Positions 58,378 to 64,000 of a stretch of 64,000 nt of DNA are shown here, in pieces (the stretch's first letter is position 1; each line of letters starts with the position of its first letter). A model generated the notes under the pieces. The model ran no database searches. It saw only the letters and a program-made list of their open reading frames with translations, and was not told the origin of the DNA. Made by a program: the position numbers and the translations under genes. The DNA is taken from assembly GCA_049317705.1 (NCBI GenBank), contig JBMOHT010000003.1, positions 165 to 64,164 on the forward strand, in the 5' to 3' direction. Source of the stretch: Bacteroidota bacterium (GTDB taxonomy: Bacteria > Bacteroidota > Ignavibacteria > UBA10030 > UBA8401).

Positions 58378-59646
58378 ATGCTATCAAAATTACTTCCCAC
58401 ACCGTCAGATTATCCGCGGGACCAGATCGGCGCTCTCCGTCAGAATATCCGGATGCATTTGCTTGATGGTTCGTTCTATGTGTTGGGAATGAGTCTTGTC
58501 TCCATGCAGACGATCCTTCCGATCTTCGTGAAGGAACTCGGCGGGAGTCCTGTCTCGATCGGTTCGGTACATGTGTTGTGGTGGATCGGTCAGAATATCC
58601 CCGGCATTGCAGTAGCGCACTCGCTTCGGCGGCGGACGGAGTTCAAGTTCCCGATGGTGCTGTGGGGATTCATCCATCGGGCGATGCTGCTTGTGTGCGC
58701 GGTCGCTGCATACTTTCTTATTGGAAGGATTCCTGCAGAAGCGGCAGTTCCTCTCTTTCTCTTTCTTATCTTTCTCATTCCGACCTTCGGAGGGTTCTCC
58801 GGAATTCCGTGGTTCCAGGTCTTCACAAAGACCGTTCCCGTGAAACTCCGGGGGAGACTGATGGGGATCCGACAGCTGATCGGTTCAGCGGCGGGAGCAT
58901 TCGGCGGTACGATCGTGAGCTTCATCCTTTTTGCTGTCGCATACCCCTCGAATTTTGCACTACTTTTTCTGCTGGCATTCATCTTCACAATGATCTCGTT
59001 CATTTTCTTGACGCGAATTCAGGAGGAACCTTCCATTCGGGATGAGCAGAGTGTCCGGAAAAGAGAACTGCTTTCCAATGCGTGGAAGATCATTGCGGCC
59101 AACCGGAATTTCAGGAATTTTATTATCGCCGATGCCTTTGTGCTGATGTCCATTGCCGCTTCATCATTCTATTCTGTGTATGCGGTGGAAAAATTTGCTC
59201 TTCCCACATCGTATGCGGGTACATTCACCGCCATCGTTATGATCACGAATGTGGCTGCGAACATCATCTTCGGGATCATCGCTGATGTCTACGGTCACAG
59301 GACAAATATCCTGATGATGGCCATCGCATCTGTATTGGCGGCGCTCTTCGCGCTTCTTTCCTCGAACATTCTCATGTATGGTTTTGTCTTCTTCTTCCTT
59401 GCCTGTGCCGTGCAGATCCAGGCGATCTCCCGTCTGGCGATCGTTGCGGAGATGTGCCGCGAGAATGAACGGCCGATGTATGTAGGCATCATGAACACGG
59501 TCACCGCTCCGACGGTGTTCATCGGAATCCTGTTCGGACTGATGGTCCCTTCCATCGGGTATCCGGCAATTTTCGTGATTACATCGTTGCTTGCTGTGAA
59601 TTCCTTTATGATATTATATAAATTTGTCGCTGAACCGAGAAAATGA
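58378..59646 (+). CDS. MFS-type membrane transporter
   Basis: 422 aa, ~12 hydrophobic segments in 6+6 arrangement. Confidence 0.7.
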   Translation: MLSKLLPTPSDYPRDQIGALRQNIRMHLLDGSFYVLGMSLVSMQTILPIFVKELGGSPVSIGSVHVLWWIGQNIPGIAVAHSLRRRTEFKFPMVLWGFIHRAMLLVCAVAAYFLIGRIPAEAAVPLFLFLIFLIPTFGGFSGIPWFQVFTKTVPVKLRGRLMGIRQLIGSAAGAFGGTIVSFILFAVAYPSNFALLFLLAFIFTMISFIFLTRIQEEPSIRDEQSVRKRELLSNAWKIIAANRNFRNFIIADAFVLMSIAASSFYSVYAVEKFALPTSYAGTFTAIVMITNVAANIIFGIIADVYGHRTNILMMAIASVLAALFALLSSNILMYGFVFFFLACAVQIQAISRLAIVAEMCRENERPMYVGIMNTVTAPTVFIGILFGLMVPSIGYPAIFVITSLLAVNSFMILYKFVAEPRK

Positions 59647-59667
59647 TCCGCCAATATTCTGGACTCA

Positions 59668-59973
59668 ATGAAACCGATCTCTATTAAACAGACCGACCCC
59701 GAGACACTCACTTTCACCTGGGATGATGAACTGGTCACACCGATCCCCATCCGGCTGCTGCGGGATGAATGTCCCTGCGCCGAGTGCAAAGGGGAGACGG
59801 TGCTGATGCATCAGATCCTTCCTGTAGTGAAACCGAAACTCCCTGGACATTATTCCATTATGAAGATCGTTCCGGTAGGAAGTTACGCTGTGCAGATCAC
59901 CTGGGGCGATACGCACGACACCGGTCTGTATGCATGGGAATATCTGCGGAACCTCCATCGGAAACAGCAGTGA
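59668..59973 (+). CDS. DUF971-family protein (gamma-butyrobetaine-hydroxylase-like N-terminal Zn-ribbon domain)
   Basis: 101 aa; CPCAEC motif and W..(D/E) pattern typical of DUF971. Confidence 0.55.
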   Translation: MKPISIKQTDPETLTFTWDDELVTPIPIRLLRDECPCAECKGETVLMHQILPVVKPKLPGHYSIMKIVPVGSYAVQITWGDTHDTGLYAWEYLRNLHRKQQ

Positions 59974-60005
59974 CACACTCCTTTTATCAATCAGCAGGGG
60001 AATGA

Positions 60006-60413
60006 ATGAACAAGAACATTCGCAAAGAATTGATACAGCGTGCTGTTGAAGCCAAGAAGACATCCTACTCACCGTATTCAAAATTCAGAGTGGGCGCTGC
60101 GCTGCTCACAAGCGACGGGGAGATCTTCTCCGGCTGTAATGTTGAGAATGCTTCCTACGGACTGGCGATCTGTGCGGAACGCAACGCGGTCTTTCAAGCG
60201 GCGTTCGCCGGAAAGCGGAAGATCGTTGCTGTTGCTGTCACTTCCGATGAAAAATCATTCCTTACACCGTGCGGCGCATGCCGTCAGGTGATCTCGGAAT
60301 TTGCTGCCGGAGATGCGGAGATCATTCTCGTGAGTGCCGATGGAAAAACAAAATCCATGAAGTTTGAAAAGATCTTCCCGACCCCTCCGGCCCTGGAAAA
60401 ACTAAAGAAATAA
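60006..60413 (+). CDS. cdd: Cytidine deaminase (homotetrameric type)
   Basis: CAERNA and PCGACRQV zinc-ligand motifs; 135 aa. Confidence 0.85.
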   Translation: MNKNIRKELIQRAVEAKKTSYSPYSKFRVGAALLTSDGEIFSGCNVENASYGLAICAERNAVFQAAFAGKRKIVAVAVTSDEKSFLTPCGACRQVISEFAAGDAEIILVSADGKTKSMKFEKIFPTPPALEKLKK

Positions 60414-60430
60414 TCGCTCACGACAACGTC

Positions 60431-60994
60431 ATGCATATCATCATCGCAAGCACACGGTCACCGAAGATCCAAGGAGTGAAACGGGCAGTAGAGCGGCTCG
60501 ATCACTTCACGGTTGATGGATCTTCACCGTTCACTTTCGAATCGGTGGAAGCAGTGAGCGGCGTCAGTGATATGCCCCGTTCCCTTGAAGAGATCATACT
60601 CGGTGCAAAGAACCGGGCGGTGAATGCGTTTCGGGCGGAGACAGATGGGCCTGTGATCAGTGTGGGTGTTGAAGGGGGATTGTTCGAACATGACGGGAAA
60701 GTATTCCTGCAGAGCTGGTCCTGTGCATTCAATGGAACAGAATTCCATCTCGGAAGTTCCGGCGCCGTCGAACTTCCGAAACAACTGTCGGATGAAGTGA
60801 TGCTGAACGGCAGGGAATTGAGTGCTGCGATCGATGAATTTTCCCGTCAATCGGATGTCCGGAGCAATCAGGGGACGTACGGAATACTCACCGACGATCT
60901 TGTGACAAGAGAGGATTCATTCGAGACCTCGTCTCTGTTTGCACTACTTCCGTTCTTCAATGCAAAATGTTATTCACATTCCGGTAATATATAA
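60431..60994 (+). CDS. yjjX: Non-canonical purine NTP phosphatase (inosine/xanthosine triphosphatase, YjjX family)
   Basis: MHIIIASTRSPKIQGVKRA N-terminus matches YjjX family; 187 aa. Confidence 0.65.
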   Translation: MHIIIASTRSPKIQGVKRAVERLDHFTVDGSSPFTFESVEAVSGVSDMPRSLEEIILGAKNRAVNAFRAETDGPVISVGVEGGLFEHDGKVFLQSWSCAFNGTEFHLGSSGAVELPKQLSDEVMLNGRELSAAIDEFSRQSDVRSNQGTYGILTDDLVTREDSFETSSLFALLPFFNAKCYSHSGNI

Positions 60995-61069
60995 TTAACA
61001 CAGCGTTAACACTCAGTGCATTGTAGCCCGTTCCATTCTTCTGTATATTGACGTCGCAGTGAAAGGACA

Positions 61070-61765
61070 TTGATGAAACAAAAGATACTGATCGCCGACG
61101 ACGAACGTGATATCATCGATTTCGTAAAGTACAACCTTGAAAAAGAAGGATTCGACGTGCTGACTGCGAAGAACGGTGTAGAAGCAGTGGCACTCGCGAA
61201 GAAGAATCCGAGTCTCATCCTGCTGGATGTGATGATGCCGGAAATGGACGGACTGGAAGCTGTCCGTATCCTAAAGAAGAGTTCAGCAACGGCAAAGATC
61301 CCGGTGATCTTTCTGACTGCGAGAGGGTCTGAAGTAGATGAAGTGGTCGGACTGGAACTCGGAGCTGATGATTACATCACTAAACCGGTCAGTCTTCCCA
61401 AACTGATGGCACGGATCAAACTCATTCTCCGAAAAAAATCCGTCCAAAAGGACGATGAAGCAACGGCAAACGAGACTCTCCGTCATGGAATACTCGAGAT
61501 CAACCGCTCACATTATAAAGTGTATGTCAGTAAGAAAGAAGTATTCTTCCCAAAGAAAGAATTCGAAGTGTTATCCTATCTTGTGAAGAATGCCGGGAAA
61601 GTTGTGACACGCGAGACCCTCCTTTCGCAGATATGGGGGAGCGATGTGTATGTGATCGACAGAACGGTGGATGTGCATATCCGTAAGATCCGTGAAAAAC
61701 TCGGTTCCCATGCCGATTATATCGATACCATCAAAGGTGTCGGTTACCGGATGAAAGAGATCTGA
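61070..61765 (+). CDS. Two-component response regulator, OmpR/PhoB family (REC + winged helix)
   Basis: ILIADDE...D (phospho-acceptor) LLDVMMP, K; C-terminal trans_reg_C blocks (VDVHIRKIREKL...IDTIKGVGYR). Confidence 0.85.
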   Translation: MMKQKILIADDERDIIDFVKYNLEKEGFDVLTAKNGVEAVALAKKNPSLILLDVMMPEMDGLEAVRILKKSSATAKIPVIFLTARGSEVDEVVGLELGADDYITKPVSLPKLMARIKLILRKKSVQKDDEATANETLRHGILEINRSHYKVYVSKKEVFFPKKEFEVLSYLVKNAGKVVTRETLLSQIWGSDVYVIDRTVDVHIRKIREKLGSHADYIDTIKGVGYRMKEI

Positions 61766-61768
61766 TCG

Positions 61769-61802
61769 AAGACCCTGGCAACTGTCAGGGTCTTTTTTTT
61801 GA
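61769..61802 (+). terminator. Rho-independent terminator after response regulator
   Basis: AGACCCTG-GCAACTGT-CAGGGTCT + T9. Confidence 0.7.
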
Positions 61803-61951
61803 AAAGCCTTCCACGAATATCACGAATAGACACGAATATTGGTTCGGCATGAAATCACTATCTGAATTTTAGATTTCTTCGGATGCACCTTTTTCATTAG
61901 ATTCTTGCATTCAGATAGGAAATAATTCGGAGAAACTCGTATCTTCAAGAT

Positions 61952-62968
61952 ATGTATTCCTTACGCATCCAACTCCTTGCCGTTACTCTCCTTTCCGCCA
62001 TCGGCGGTGCAGTCACATTCTACAACCATTCATCACTTCTTATCTCGTTTTTGATCACGCTTGCGATCATCACTGTTGCATACGGTCTTCTGCTCGTGCT
62101 CGTCTATCGTCCGCTGCAGCGCATTCAGCGTGTGGTGACGGCCCAGGAGGATAAAGCATCTGTCCGCAGAGTGAACGCAAGTTCCTCTGACGAATTCCAG
62201 CATCTCGCCGAATCATTCAATACCATGCTCGATTCATTCAGAACGGATATCCGACAGCTCGAAAAACTGGAACGGGTGAGGAGTGAATTCCTGGGGAATG
62301 TCTCACACGAACTTCGGACCCCGTTGTTCGCAACGCAGGGACTGATCGAAACGCTGCTGCACGGTGCCGTAGATGATAAAAAAGTGAACAAGGATTTTCT
62401 CAAGAAAGCATTGAACAATATCGAACGGCTCAACTCACTGCTTGAGGAACTGATCGATATCTCCAGGATCGAATCGGGTGAGATGAAACTGCGGGTCCGC
62501 TATTTCGATATCCTTCCGACACTTGAGAGCACTGTGTCAGAATTGCAGGATTATGCCGGTCAACGCTCCATTGCGCTTTCACTGAATGCACCGCAAGGAT
62601 CTGAACTGAAAGTCTTCGGGGACCGCGAACGGCTGGGAAGAGTGCTGGTGAATCTTATCGAGAACGCCGTGAAATATTCGGAACCGAATGATTCCGTTAT
62701 TGTTTCTTGTACGAACGAAAAGGATCATGTCGTGATCTCCGTTAAGGACACCGGGATAGGGATCGCTCCGCAGCACATTTCCAGGATCTTCGAACGATTC
62801 TATCGTGTTGATAAGGACCGGAACAGGGATGTGGGAGGTTCGGGTCTCGGACTTGCGATCGTCAAGCATATCATCGAAGCACATAACCAAACGATCTCCG
62901 TCGACAGCACAGTAGGCATCGGCACGACGTTTACATTCACCGTCAGTAAAGTGGGAGTGGAAGTATAA
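61952..62968 (+). CDS. Sensor histidine kinase (2 TM, HisKA + HATPase_c)
   Basis: H-box FLGNVSHELRTPL, N/G boxes (NLIENAVKYS, DTGIGI, GGSGLGLAIV). Confidence 0.85.
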   Translation: MYSLRIQLLAVTLLSAIGGAVTFYNHSSLLISFLITLAIITVAYGLLLVLVYRPLQRIQRVVTAQEDKASVRRVNASSSDEFQHLAESFNTMLDSFRTDIRQLEKLERVRSEFLGNVSHELRTPLFATQGLIETLLHGAVDDKKVNKDFLKKALNNIERLNSLLEELIDISRIESGEMKLRVRYFDILPTLESTVSELQDYAGQRSIALSLNAPQGSELKVFGDRERLGRVLVNLIENAVKYSEPNDSVIVSCTNEKDHVVISVKDTGIGIAPQHISRIFERFYRVDKDRNRDVGGSGLGLAIVKHIIEAHNQTISVDSTVGIGTTFTFTVSKVGVEV

Positions 62969-62998
62969 ACGGTTCTTCATCGTAGCAGGAAAAAATCT

Positions 62999-64000
62999 AT
63001 GACATCGAATCCTTCAAAAGGACGTGGAGCAGGTTTCAATCCGACGAACCGTTTCGAGACCAAGAGCTATGAGATCTTGGAGGAGGAACTCGATCCCGAA
63101 CGGAAGATCGTCACACAGTTCTTCCGCGACACATCGAAGACCGCACTCGCGAAGAATGATTCTCCCGATATCGGATTCACCTATGATCTGAATCCGTACC
63201 GCGGCTGCGAACACGGCTGTGTCTATTGTTATGCCCGTCCCACACACGAGTACCTCGGTTTTTCATCCGGACTTGATTTCGAGACGAAGATCATGGTGAA
63301 GCCGGATATCCATCTGCTTCTGGAAAAAGAATTTCAGAAGAAGAATTGGAAACCGTCCACCATCAGCATCGCCGGCAATACTGACTGCTATCAGCCCATC
63401 GAACGGAAGCTTCAGCTCACACGAAAATGTCTTGAAGTATTTCTGAAATACCGGAACCCCGTCGGCGTCATCACCAAGAATGCACTCATCACACGCGATA
63501 TCGACATCCTTTCAGAGCTCGCCAAACAGGATCTCGTCCACGCGACCATTACCATCACCACGCTCGATAAGGACCTACAGCGCTCCATGGAGCCGAGGAC
63601 ATCGTCACCGGAACAGAAACTGAAAGCGATCGAAGCGCTCGCCAATGCCGGCATCAATGTCGGCGTGAGTCTTGCTCCGGTCATTCCGGGACTGAACGAT
63701 ATCGAGATGCCGGCTATTCTGAAACGCGCGAGTGAACACGGCGCAACATTCGCATTCTATACGATGGTCCGCCTGCCGCATTCAGTAAAGGATCTCTTTG
63801 TTGAATGGCTCAAGCGGGAATATCCGGACCGTGCAGAAAAAGTGATCAACCGCATCAAGGATGTGAGGGAAGGGAAGATGAACTCCGCTGAATTCGGTAA
63901 ACGGATGAGCGGCAGCGGCGAGATCGCGGATTCCATTTCACAACTCTTCGAATTGACCTGCCGGAAATATCACTTCAACGAGAAAGAATACCGTCTGAGC
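62999..64000 (+). CDS. Radical-SAM protein (PA0069/Rv2578c SPL-like family), 3'-truncated by window edge
   Basis: CEHGCVYCYA CxxxCxxC-type motif near N-terminus; ORF runs off the window. Confidence 0.7.
   Translation, partial: MTSNPSKGRGAGFNPTNRFETKSYEILEEELDPERKIVTQFFRDTSKTALAKNDSPDIGFTYDLNPYRGCEHGCVYCYARPTHEYLGFSSGLDFETKIMVKPDIHLLLEKEFQKKNWKPSTISIAGNTDCYQPIERKLQLTRKCLEVFLKYRNPVGVITKNALITRDIDILSELAKQDLVHATITITTLDKDLQRSMEPRTSSPEQKLKAIEALANAGINVGVSLAPVIPGLNDIEMPAILKRASEHGATFAFYTMVRLPHSVKDLFVEWLKREYPDRAEKVINRIKDVREGKMNSAEFGKRMSGSGEIADSISQLFELTCRKYHFNEKEYRLS

Noticed and set aside
1-64000. Mobile elements (transposase, integrase, phage genes), tRNA/rRNA genes, CRISPR arrays
   Set aside because: No DDE-transposase/integrase-like ORFs, no terminal inverted repeats flanking a cargo, no tRNA-like sequence (T-arm GTTCRANYC plus acceptor complement) found in any intergenic gap by eye, and no repeat-spacer arrays. 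Absence judged from manual inspection only.

Overview
This 64-kb window is a chromosomal segment from a Gram-negative bacterium, most likely of the FCB/Ignavibacteria-Bacteroidota type. It has a CarbopepD_reg-type TonB-dependent receptor, heptose-LPS genes (hldD, a GT9 heptosyltransferase, LpxL-like and LpxH-like genes), secA with a C-terminal zinc finger, and secDF. GC content is moderate (high 40s %).

Gene order:
- metG 3' end, hldD, a deoxyhypusine-synthase-like gene, an M20 peptidase, a large TonB-dependent receptor, an ENPP-family phosphodiesterase, a PduO-type corrinoid adenosyltransferase, and secA.
- A ~12-kb co-directional type IV pilus / type II secretion-like cluster (14309-26261), described below.
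- A 1785-aa N-terminally lipidated protein built from four Ig-like super-repeats, immediately downstream of the secretin.
- On the minus strand: a family-4/5 UDG, an alpha/beta hydrolase, citrate synthase and class I fumarase.
- A GT4 fused to a degenerate CE4 domain, tatD, and a periplasmic HEAT-repeat-cyclophilin fusion.
- secDF with an orphan STAS gene.
- A partner-switching module (membrane GAF-PP2C, STAS, RsbW-like kinase, soluble GAF-PP2C) with no sigma factor nearby.
- An LpxL-like acyltransferase, a GT9 heptosyltransferase, PBP1A, an LpxH-like gene, two MFS transporters, nusB, DUF971-cdd-yjjX, an OmpR/HisKA two-component pair, and the 5' part of a radical-SAM gene.

I found no rRNA, tRNA, CRISPR array, transposase or integrase.

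The most unusual element is the pilus cluster. Its genes, in order:
- two tandem pilin-like paralogs;
- a PilC/GspF-like platform protein;
- a PilB/GspE-like ATPase;
- three further N-terminal-helix proteins;
- a PilT-like ATPase;
- a PilM-PilN fusion;
- a PilO-like protein;
- a minimal secretin.

All five pilin-like proteins start exactly with Met-Gly followed by a hydrophobic helix. None has the canonical G|F-x-x-x-E prepilin signature, and no prepilin peptidase is encoded nearby. All functional calls rest on motif recognition by eye, not on searches.
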